Assembly: GCA_019873725.1 (NCBI GenBank)
Contig: JAIOAS010000001.1
Span: forward strand, 40,257-104,256
DNA from: Chloroflexota bacterium
GTDB lineage: Bacteria > Chloroflexota > Anaerolineae > B4-G1 > SLSP01
Direction of reading: 5' to 3'
DNA length: 64,000 nucleotides
The position numbers were made by a program, and so were the translations under genes. A model generated the notes under the pieces. That model was not told the origin of the DNA. It saw only the letters and a program-made list of their open reading frames with translations, and did no database searches. Of this stretch, positions 18,364-26,059 are shown piece by piece (position 1 is the first letter of the stretch; the number at the start of each line of letters is the position of its first letter).

Positions 18364-19273
18364 AATACCCCCGCAACAACTCATATCCCTGTTCAGGCAA
18401 GATGGTATGCAGGTATATCTGGCGCAATCCGGCGGTCTCTTGCAAGCGCAGCGCACCGTTCGTGAGAGATTCTAATTGCTCTAAATAGGTCATGACACTG
18501 TTTTCATCCAGTTTGAAAATCTGCCCTGGACTGCCTGGTTGATAAACACATTCGTCTACAGTTGCCGTGCGTCGCTGAGCAGCTATTGTGTTCAGGAACC
18601 CAAACAAGGCATAGCCGAACACAGCCGCAGGCAGTGAAGATTTAGCGCCAATGTCAAAACGATAAACCCCATCGCCGGGCGAAAGGCGTAGTAAGTTCAG
18701 ATCCACCAGTGGGCAATCTAGACTTTCCTCGAAGTTTCCCCCCTTACGACCTTGTGACGGGACGTAAGTACGTAGAAAGACATCCACTTCGCGCGTAACC
18801 ATGCCTTCGGTTGTCTCAATTCCCATTTGCGTCAATTGTTTCCTGATGAATTCTGTGATTTGCTGCTTGCGAAACTCAACATCGAAATAGCGTGAAAAGA
18901 TAAGATACCATACTAATCCTCGCTCTTGATTACTGGCTAACAGCCAGTGCAATAACCAAAGCGAGCCAATATCCTCCAGATAGGGGTCCCAGCCGCCATC
19001 GGCCAGCAGGCTGCGCCCCAGTTTAGAAGGTTCGATAGCGCGGGTCTGACTGCCCGCGCCGGGAATATAGTTCAGCAATCCTAACGCCAATCCCCAGTAC
19101 CGAATAGCAGCAGCCATATTCTTCCCGACACCCAATTCCACAAAGGCATCTTCGCGGCTGAAAACTAATGGATCACGCAGAGCGGCATCCAACCCTTTCT
19201 TTAGCCAGCCCTGCCGAAAAACGAATTTTTCATGTCCGCCAAAAGGTGGGCGGGATGAGTGTGTTACGGACAT
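18356..19273 (-). CDS. DUF4007-like protein (possible SspB-like), first gene of the defence operon
   Basis: 305 aa with FVFRQGWLKKGLDAAL near the N-terminus. Paralogous to 13046..13858. Assignment to the DUF4007/SspB family is from memory of that family and needs an HMM check. Confidence 0.45.
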   Translation of the reverse strand: MSVTHSSRPPFGGHEKFVFRQGWLKKGLDAALRDPLVFSREDAFVELGVGKNMAAAIRYWGLALGLLNYIPGAGSQTRAIEPSKLGRSLLADGGWDPYLEDIGSLWLLHWLLASNQERGLVWYLIFSRYFDVEFRKQQITEFIRKQLTQMGIETTEGMVTREVDVFLRTYVPSQGRKGGNFEESLDCPLVDLNLLRLSPGDGVYRFDIGAKSSLPAAVFGYALFGFLNTIAAQRRTATVDECVYQPGSPGQIFKLDENSVMTYLEQLESLTNGALRLQETAGLRQIYLHTILPEQGYELLRGYYD

Positions 19274-19511
19274 TCCTGTTAACTCCCTCGTTAAGTACTT
19301 ATTCTAGAGAACGCCCCCGACGTCTGACGCGCGGGGGCGGGTATGGTATGCTTATGCCCACTACGGCGCGTCATCGCCGATAGTGCCTTTGGGTTGTGGC
19401 TCAAAGGAAGCCCGAGCTGTTCAGAGCTGCGGGTCTATTTTTTTTTGTTTTGGAGGTAAGTATAGGCAGGATGGAGAAAGGGTCAAGTATCGAAACTTGC
19501 GATTCATCAAA

Positions 19512-19545
19512 CTGGCATCCTGAATCCACGATTCAGGATGCCAGT
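19512..19545 (-). terminator. perfect 15-bp stem-loop downstream of the OB-fold gene (possible terminator)
   Basis: ctggcatcctgaatc-cac-gattcaggatgccag. On the minus strand it is followed by UUUGAUG (a weak U-tract). Confidence 0.4.
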
Positions 19546-19568
19546 AGGCCTTGCATAGCATAACAGAG

Positions 19569-19958
19569 TTACTGCCTCTCCTCCTCCCTCCTCCCGACAA
19601 ACCGCCACTGCGTCGCCACGACCTCGACCCTGGCCTGCTGCACAAAGCCCTGCGCGTTCGCCGCCAGTTCATTGCGCTCCGCATCGTCCAAGCCCTCAGC
19701 GCGGCGCACCAGGTGCACCAGGTTCTCCCGCGTGTCGCGCTGCTGCAAGAACCCGGCGACTTCCACCTGGTCGCCCTGCTGCCACGATGGCGCACGCCCC
19801 ACGGCCTGCGGGAAACAGACATCGATGGCGTCGAAGTTCTTGCCATCGGGATTCGGTAACATCCCCGGCTGGCGTGGGATCAACACCCGATACACCGTCG
19901 TCTGATCCGGCGACACCCGCCGCCGAACCACCGTACCTGATAAAGATATGTTGTTCAT
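19569..19958 (-). CDS. OB-fold ssDNA-binding-like protein (PriB/SSB-like)
   Basis: MNNISLSGTVVRRRVSPDQTTVYRVLIPRQ...GDQVEVAGFLQQRD resembles the PriB/SSB OB-fold pattern (N..LSGTV....SP.G.....L). GAGGAG lies 8 nt upstream of the internal ATG. The N-terminal 20 aa of the track ORF are probably not translated. Confidence 0.4.
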   Translation of the reverse strand: MNNISLSGTVVRRRVSPDQTTVYRVLIPRQPGMLPNPDGKNFDAIDVCFPQAVGRAPSWQQGDQVEVAGFLQQRDTRENLVHLVRRAEGLDDAERNELAANAQGFVQQARVEVVATQWRFVGRREEERQ

Positions 19959-20025
19959 ATAGTTATTCTCCTCGTTGATGACAATGATGGTTGTGTATAT
20001 GTTCACTGTCTGGCTCATAATAACG

Positions 20026-20095
20026 TAAAGCGTAAAACGTAAAACGTAAGCGCGCTTCGATGCCCTCTTTACGTTTTACGTCTTTACGCCTTACC
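20026..20095. repeat. palindromic intergenic element (ACGTAAAACG family)
   Basis: acgtaaagcgtaaaacgtaaaacgtaagcgcgcttcgatgccctctttacgttttacgtctttacgcc. Related to 2984-3050 and 51636-51700. Confidence 0.75.
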
Positions 20096-20097
20096 TC

Positions 20098-21585
20098 TCA
20101 TGGCTCCAACACCGCCTGCACCTCGATGACGGGAATCGCCAGGCCGGGCGTGAAGCTGCCACACTGCACGCCGTTGGCGTCGGCCCCGGCGGTCTGGGCA
20201 GCAGCCCAGGTGACCATCTGCGTGAAACCGAGTTTGCGCAAATCGTAAACACACCACGCGCCTTGTTGTTCGCCAGCACAGCCGAACAGCGGCCCGGTCT
20301 GGGTACGCCAACGCCATTCCACGCATTGCTCCAACTGATACCAGTCGGCTTCCCCGGCGTGCTCTCCGTCACTGCACCCACGCGCGGAGATGCCCAACGG
20401 CGGCTCGGCGCGGTAGAAGCAGTCGCCCCACTCGCGGCGCGTGCATTGCAGCTCGTCGTATTTCCACGTCCACTGCGGATACCACCAGGTCTGCACCCCG
20501 CCCTGGTACGCCGGCATATCCCAGGCCAGCACCCGTTCGTCACAGGTACAGTCGCGGTCCTGACACGCCGGATTCCAGCGCGGGCCGTTGGCAGTGAGGC
20601 CATACGACGAGGTCTGGAAGGTGTGTTCCAGGTAGTTGCCTTTGATGGCACTGCCCCCACCATTCCAGGCGCGGTCGCCTACAGAGATGAGCGATGCATA
20701 CGGCGGCGTGAATCCGTAGACCCCCGCCGCCCCTTGCGTCCAGCGTTGCCAGGCCGCGCCGAGTTGCAGGTTGACGCGCGTCCCTTCAACGGGCTGACCC
20801 ACCGGTGACGGACACGCCGGGACATCGCCGGTACTGCTGTAGGCCGCACCGTAGTCTACGGCACAGGGAAATGCCTTGCCCGCAGAAAAGGATTCCACGC
20901 GATTGGGCGCGCCGGTGTACCAGAGTTTGGTCGGCAAGCCCACCAGCGAACGCGGCCACGGGTTACGCAGCACTTGCGCGGGTGGAATCTGGACTTGCAC
21001 GTCGATGTTCCATTGCCAGTCATCACAGGTCTGGTCGATGCCGCCAGGGTAGACATCGGGCACATCCTGGCACGGCCAGTCGCTGCCTTCGCCTGGTTCT
21101 GGCGAGGGACGCGGCGTGGGCGTCACCAGGTCACATTCCCCCTCGGCGGCGCAGCGGGCTTGCACCACGTAGCATTGTCCACCCGGCATACACCACCACA
21201 GGACTACCGTCCAGTCGTGGGGGCAGCCGGGGATCAGCGCATCGCAGCTCATCCGGTAGAACCCGCCACCGGGCAAGCCTGCCGGGGGCGTTGCGGTGGG
21301 TGGCGGTGGTGCAGGTGTGCCGCTCCCACCGCCGCCACCGCCTTCGCCAGGCGTCGGCGCAGGGGGAACCGGCGTTGCACTTCCGCCGCCTCCACCACCA
21401 CCCGAACCGCCGCTGGCGCACTTGAAGCAACCGCTGGTAGGAGCGCCGCAGCAAGCATTCTCCGGCGGCGTACAGCACGCGCCTGCCGGTGTGACGAACA
21501 TCGCCAGCGCCCACAGCACCAGTCCGGTGACCAGCAGCAAGAGGCCGATGCGTAAAACGGTTTTACGTTTGTCATTCGTGTGCAT
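20098..21585 (-). CDS. cysteine-rich secreted/membrane-anchored protein (496 aa)
   Basis: N-terminal TM/signal segment VLRIGLLLLVTGLVLWALAMFV. Gly/Pro-rich linker. More than 25 Cys, probably extracellular disulfides. No enzyme motif. Confidence 0.5.
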   Translation of the reverse strand: MHTNDKRKTVLRIGLLLLVTGLVLWALAMFVTPAGACCTPPENACCGAPTSGCFKCASGGSGGGGGGGSATPVPPAPTPGEGGGGGGSGTPAPPPPTATPPAGLPGGGFYRMSCDALIPGCPHDWTVVLWWCMPGGQCYVVQARCAAEGECDLVTPTPRPSPEPGEGSDWPCQDVPDVYPGGIDQTCDDWQWNIDVQVQIPPAQVLRNPWPRSLVGLPTKLWYTGAPNRVESFSAGKAFPCAVDYGAAYSSTGDVPACPSPVGQPVEGTRVNLQLGAAWQRWTQGAAGVYGFTPPYASLISVGDRAWNGGGSAIKGNYLEHTFQTSSYGLTANGPRWNPACQDRDCTCDERVLAWDMPAYQGGVQTWWYPQWTWKYDELQCTRREWGDCFYRAEPPLGISARGCSDGEHAGEADWYQLEQCVEWRWRTQTGPLFGCAGEQQGAWCVYDLRKLGFTQMVTWAAAQTAGADANGVQCGSFTPGLAIPVIEVQAVLEP

Positions 21586-21596
21586 ATCCACCTCCT

Positions 21597-22307
21597 CTAC
21601 CACGTGTCCGGCGGGGCGGGCAAGGCCAGGGCTTCCCAGCCGGTGAGTCGCCAGACGCCGTCCGTACCCTGGACAAACGTGGCCGTCACCAGGTTGTCGC
21701 GGGCGTCGATCTGGTCATCGCCGAGCTGTGCCAAACACGGCACACTGCCTGTGGACTCGCACATCGCCGGCTCAAAGATGAGCACGGACTGGATGCCAAG
21801 CACGGCCTGGGTCACCGAACAATGCGTCGTATCGTCACAACGAATGGGGTTCTCCGGCCCCAACCCCGTGTGGACGAAGACGAACGGCGTGTCCAGCAAC
21901 GGCCAGGCATAGTCGGCGGCCACGTACTCCCACGCCTGGGCACTGCTGGCCTCGCGGTCGTATGCGAGCAGCGTCGCTTCATCGGCGGCTTCCACGCGGG
22001 TACGCTGTAACAGCACGGCGAACGCTGCGCGCAACGCCTGTTCCTCGGCAGCAGGCGGGGTGAGATACACTGCCCCACTCGTTGTGTCACGCTGTTCCTG
22101 CCACCCGGCTGGCCGTGGCGTCGCCGTGGGCGACGCTGTGGACGTCACCGTGGGAATCGGCGTTGCTTCCAGATCAATGCGCGGCGCGGTGAGCCAGCGA
22201 TAGACCTGGACCCCACCGGCCAGCACGATACCGCCGAAGATGATTCCGACGGCCAGTAAGATGTAGCCGGTACGTTTGAGTTTGATTTGTTGTCGTTGTC
22301 GTTTCAT
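21597..22307 (-). CDS. membrane-anchored hypothetical protein (236 aa)
   Basis: N-terminal TM segment GYILLAVGIIFGGIVLAGGV, a Thr/Pro linker, and a Cys-containing domain. Confidence 0.5.
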   Translation of the reverse strand: MKRQRQQIKLKRTGYILLAVGIIFGGIVLAGGVQVYRWLTAPRIDLEATPIPTVTSTASPTATPRPAGWQEQRDTTSGAVYLTPPAAEEQALRAAFAVLLQRTRVEAADEATLLAYDREASSAQAWEYVAADYAWPLLDTPFVFVHTGLGPENPIRCDDTTHCSVTQAVLGIQSVLIFEPAMCESTGSVPCLAQLGDDQIDARDNLVTATFVQGTDGVWRLTGWEALALPAPPDTW

Positions 22308-22321
22308 AGAGACTCCTCCTT

Positions 22322-22447
22322 GAGAGTTATGAGTTGCGAGTTAAGAGTTGTGAGTTAAGAATGGAAAATCAGCGAATGAGCGAATGAAAGAATGGGCGAA
22401 TTACAACCCACGCTGATTCTCCATTCGCTGATTCTTTTCTCGCTGAT
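22322..22447. repeat. compound heptamer tandem repeats (GAGTTNN and GCGAATG/GAATCAG units) forming a long imperfect palindrome
   Basis: gagttatgagttgcgagttaagagttgtgagtt ... aatcagcgaatgagcgaatgaaagaatgggcgaat ... attctccattcgctgattcttttctcgctgattc. Confidence 0.75.
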
Positions 22448-22930
22448 TCACTCGTACTCCGCCGTTGCCCCCCACGCAGGTCGAGCGCGGCCACGCACCC
22501 TGACGTGCACCGTGGAACCGCCAATGAGGACGACGGGGTGTAAGTCCGCTTGACAGATGAGTTCCACGCGGTTGGCCCATACCTGGGGGACACCGCAGGT
22601 CACCTGCCCACGGGTGTTGGTTGTGGCGATGTTGCGTGCCACGGTCGCGGCGTTGGCTGTCAATGCCACGCGCCCGGTGCGTAGATACAGCGCCACGTCG
22701 AGTTCCTGAGCCGCTGCGTGCGCCGCTGCATCGGCGGCCATTTGCGCCAACCGATAGGTGCGGTACATCAGACCGCCCTCGATGAGCAGCGCCGCCATCA
22801 GCAAGAGCAAAGGAAGCAGCACCAGTACCCACACCAGCACTTGTCCCTGCTCGTCAGGGCCTCGCCAGCGCCCCTTACTCCCTACTCCATACTTCCTACT
22901 CCCTGTCCTCACTGCCATTTCGACTTCCAC
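22448..22930 (-). CDS. TadE/TadG-like pseudopilin
   Basis: N-terminal QVLVWVLVLLPLLLLMAALLIEGG is the TadE-type hydrophobic N-terminal motif. Confidence 0.55.
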   Translation of the reverse strand: MEVEMAVRTGSRKYGVGSKGRWRGPDEQGQVLVWVLVLLPLLLLMAALLIEGGLMYRTYRLAQMAADAAAHAAAQELDVALYLRTGRVALTANAATVARNIATTNTRGQVTCGVPQVWANRVELICQADLHPVVLIGGSTVHVRVRGRARPAWGATAEYE

Positions 22931-23355
22931 CTTTCGATGCGGAACGTCGCACCCTGCCAGAGCGTCACGCGGTCACCGCCGAAGAGCAGCGGGGCCAGCG
23001 GGATGTCATTGACGGGTACGGCGACGCCGGCATAGTTGGTCACCGTCCCGCCACGTTGCCAGCCAGCAGCGTCGAGTTGCCACGCCATTGGCGCAGCGTC
23101 GATCCCGTTAGCGGTCAAGTTCATTGCCGTGGCGCGGTACGCCTGGTACGCAGCCTGGTAAGGATTCAGGCTTTCGACGGCGTAACGCCCACCGCTGAAG
23201 GCAGCCTGGTCAACGGCCAGGGCCACAAAGAGCACGCGCCCAAAGCCGATGACGGCGGCCAGGATCAGGAGCAGCAGCGGCAAGGCAATCAGCATTTCGA
23301 TGAGGGCTTGGCCTTGTTCGTTGCGAGTTGCGAGTTGCGAGTTATGAGTTTGCAT
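22909..23355 (-). CDS. TadE-like pseudopilin
   Basis: NEQGQALIEMLIALPLLLLILAAVIG (the TadE N-terminal 'GQA..E..l..P' motif). Start placed at MQTHNSQ. Confidence 0.6.
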   Translation of the reverse strand: MQTHNSQLATRNEQGQALIEMLIALPLLLLILAAVIGFGRVLFVALAVDQAAFSGGRYAVESLNPYQAAYQAYRATAMNLTANGIDAAPMAWQLDAAGWQRGGTVTNYAGVAVPVNDIPLAPLLFGGDRVTLWQGATFRIERWKSKWQ

Positions 23356-23357
23356 TT

Positions 23358-24677
23358 CTACCTCCCATTGGTAAATGGCATTTTGGTAAGGGTGATCACC
23401 GTGTCCCGCGCGGTTGCCCCTGGTGCGACATAGGTCTCGACCAGGCCGAGGCGGTAGGCGGTGTAGAAGTCGCCGAAGGGTACGCGGACGACTTCCCACA
23501 GTAACGGGCCGGGTGTGACGTCCAAGACGCGGCTATCGTCTGGCAACAAGGCCACTTCCGGGCAGACCACGCACACCGGCTCGTTGCCCAACGTCCACAG
23601 GCTCACCGTCTCGCCCGTATCGTTGACCAAGGTGACGGTGGCTACAACAGGCGTCGGCGTCGCCAGATGTGCCTGCACCAGCCGCGCGCCGACCAGGGTG
23701 CTCGCCGCGATCAGCAAAAGGACACTCAACGCCACACCCAGCCACCAGCGCCGGATGGCCCGTCGTTTGATCTGCGGGGTGACAGGCCGTTGCACAACCA
23801 GCACCCACGTCGCCTGGCGCGGGACGGCCGGGAGCGTGCCCTGCAACCGCTGCGCGGCCAGGTAATGCCACACGGCGGAGACCTCGGCTTGCGTTTCCGG
23901 GTTGTCCAGCCGGTAGACCTGGCCCGGCAACTTGCGCGGGGCCACGGTGAAGCAGTAGCTCACTCCGTGCTCATCCAGCGCGGTAAAAGCCAGGGCATCA
24001 GCGTTGATGTACGGCAAGGTGTCCCCGGCGATGCGCACCGGCCGGTTCAGTGCGTCGGTAGCGATCTGACCGAGTAAGTGCTGCCAGGCGTCGGTTTCCT
24101 GCAGTTGCGCGGCGACATCGCGGCGGTGGGCAGCGACGCGCGCCGCCGTGTCCTCGGCGATCATCCGCCGCTTCATCGCCAGGTCTTGCCGGGTATAGCC
24201 TACGAAACGCACGATGAGCCACAGGATGAGTAACCCAATGCCGCCGGCCACCGGCCACACCCAGCCCGGCAAAGTCGGCCATTGGGCGGGTGTGGCAATG
24301 TCCACAGTCGGAGTCGCACCAGGTAGCACAGTGGGCAGCGCCGTGGACGTCGCCGATTGCGTCACGGTAGGACGTGGCAGAGTCGCTGTTGGTGTACCTG
24401 GTGTTTCCGTGGGCACTGCCAGCGTTGCCACCACCGTAGCCGTCGCCGTAGGCCACACTGCCGTCGCCGTAGGTAGCAGCGCCTCCGGCGTTGCAGTTGG
24501 CAGCGGCTCTGGCGTAGGCGTCGGTGGCTCCGGCGCTTTGGTCGGTGCAGCAGCCGGTTCCTCGACTGGCGCTGCCGCGACCGGCGCGGGTGTGGGCGGC
24601 GGTGTAGGCTTCTGCGCCGCGACCGGCGCGGCCCACACCACCATCCCCAGCACGAGAAGCGTGAGCAATCGACGCAT
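23358..24677 (-). CDS. Pro/Thr-rich membrane protein (hypothetical, tad-locus associated)
   Basis: Signal-like N-terminus. A long P/T/A-rich segment. Central TM helix WPVAGGIGLLILWLIVRFVGY. C-terminal domain of unknown function. Confidence 0.45.
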   Translation of the reverse strand: MRRLLTLLVLGMVVWAAPVAAQKPTPPPTPAPVAAAPVEEPAAAPTKAPEPPTPTPEPLPTATPEALLPTATAVWPTATATVVATLAVPTETPGTPTATLPRPTVTQSATSTALPTVLPGATPTVDIATPAQWPTLPGWVWPVAGGIGLLILWLIVRFVGYTRQDLAMKRRMIAEDTAARVAAHRRDVAAQLQETDAWQHLLGQIATDALNRPVRIAGDTLPYINADALAFTALDEHGVSYCFTVAPRKLPGQVYRLDNPETQAEVSAVWHYLAAQRLQGTLPAVPRQATWVLVVQRPVTPQIKRRAIRRWWLGVALSVLLLIAASTLVGARLVQAHLATPTPVVATVTLVNDTGETVSLWTLGNEPVCVVCPEVALLPDDSRVLDVTPGPLLWEVVRVPFGDFYTAYRLGLVETYVAPGATARDTVITLTKMPFTNGR

Positions 24678-26047
24678 CACGCCGCGCCCCTCCGCTTGCG
24701 CCATATAGCGCCAGCGCCCAACACGGCCAACACCAGGCCGGCTGCGCTGAGGCGTCCCGCGCTTCCTGTTTCCGGCAAAAGCACGATCTGCGTCTGCACC
24801 GGGGTTGCCTCCGGCGTTGCCAAACCGGTCGGCGTTGAGACAACCGGCGGTTTGACCGGCGTGGGTGGCGGCGTGGGTTTCTCGGCGACGTGCGCGGCTA
24901 GACCCGGTACGCGCCGTGAGGCACGGGCGTCGGTGTCAGGCAGCGCCGTTGGCGTTGGCAAAGGTACGGGTTTTTCGGTGGACGGCGGCGCGCTCTGCGG
25001 TAACGTCGCCGATCCGCGCGTCACCCGGAACGTATACTCCGTGCCCAGCCCGTACACGCGCCAGTCATAACTGCGTACCAGCGCGCTGTAGATGCCGTCC
25101 GCCGGTGCTGTCCAGACGATGCGCGAAGCGATGTCGTGCGGGTAGTTGATGTCATCGTTCTCCGCCAGTGGCATTCCACAGTCGGTCGCGGCGAACAGAG
25201 CCAGCAGTGTATCGCCCTGCGGCCCCAGGTTGCCCGTTTCCAGCACGTAGGTCTGCCCGGCGACGGCAGTGAAGGCGAACCAGTCGTTGTCGTTCTCCCC
25301 GGCGAAGTTATCGCGGTAGAAGGTGTCCAGCGCAATGCTCAAGCCTGGACACGTGCCCGGCGCATCCCCGACCTGCACCACGGGTGGCGCAGGGGGGTAG
25401 CCGCGCATCAGTAACGGCAGGAAGATGCGGGTAGGCCGGTAGACATGTACCGTCGCTGAGTCACTGACCGGCCCATAGCTGTCACTGTGCGCAAGGGCAG
25501 TGTTGGTCAAAGCTCGCCCTTCCGTCCCTGCATCCACCGTGGCGCGATAGGTCAGTACGGCGATTTCCTCGTAGCTCAGCGCCGCCAGGTGCAACGTGAG
25601 CGCGTTGTTGCCTACCGTGACACTTCCTTTGTCCGCCGTTACGCTCTCTGGCAGCAAGGCCAAGCCCGCCGGCAGCGTGTCGCTGAGGACGATGTTGGTC
25701 TGCGGGCGCAGCCCGTTGTTGGTCACGGCGACGATGAAGGTCAGTATCTCGCCTGCCTCGGTGCGCGCTGGGGTGATGTCCCGGTATGTCTTTTCGAGCA
25801 CCAACACCTCAGCAGCGTTGATGCCGGACCAGATACCGCCGGTCAACGTGGCGGTCGCGCCCCGCGAGGTAGCGACGCTGGTTTGGCCCAGCGTGCCGTG
25901 CAGGGTGTAGCGCCCGTTGGTCAGCGTGCCGCCGGCGACGGCGTTGGCCGTGTCCGCCGTGACACGCTGCGGGCCGGGGGTTTGCGCCGCCACGGGGGCA
26001 GCGAGCAAGCAACTCAGAAGGAGCAGGAGTAACAGTGTACGTCGCAT
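24677..26047 (-). CDS. LPXTG-anchored surface protein with DUF11-like and pre-peptidase C-terminal (PPC)-like domains
   Basis: Signal peptide MRRTLLLLLLLSCLLAAPVAAQ. ILTFIVAVTNNG is a DUF11/CARDB-like motif. DWFAFTAVAGQTYVLETGNLG is a PPC-domain-like motif. C-terminal LPETG plus a hydrophobic segment plus RKRRGAA is a sortase sorting signal. Confidence 0.65.
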   Translation of the reverse strand: MRRTLLLLLLLSCLLAAPVAAQTPGPQRVTADTANAVAGGTLTNGRYTLHGTLGQTSVATSRGATATLTGGIWSGINAAEVLVLEKTYRDITPARTEAGEILTFIVAVTNNGLRPQTNIVLSDTLPAGLALLPESVTADKGSVTVGNNALTLHLAALSYEEIAVLTYRATVDAGTEGRALTNTALAHSDSYGPVSDSATVHVYRPTRIFLPLLMRGYPPAPPVVQVGDAPGTCPGLSIALDTFYRDNFAGENDNDWFAFTAVAGQTYVLETGNLGPQGDTLLALFAATDCGMPLAENDDINYPHDIASRIVWTAPADGIYSALVRSYDWRVYGLGTEYTFRVTRGSATLPQSAPPSTEKPVPLPTPTALPDTDARASRRVPGLAAHVAEKPTPPPTPVKPPVVSTPTGLATPEATPVQTQIVLLPETGSAGRLSAAGLVLAVLGAGAIWRKRRGAA

Positions 26048-26059
26048 CGTTAGCCTCCC

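Noticed and set aside
19300-19560. Looked for a tRNA or attachment site marking the island boundary upstream of the defence operon, and also at 3300-3590
   Set aside because: No cloverleaf-like sequence or direct repeats bracketing the island were recognisable by eye. The boundary mechanism remains unknown.
19421-19859. Overlapping ORFs 19421-19846 (-) and 19551-19859 (+) with Arg/Trp-rich translations
   Set aside because: Out-of-frame overlaps of the OB-fold gene region. Composition typical of wrong-frame high-GC translation.
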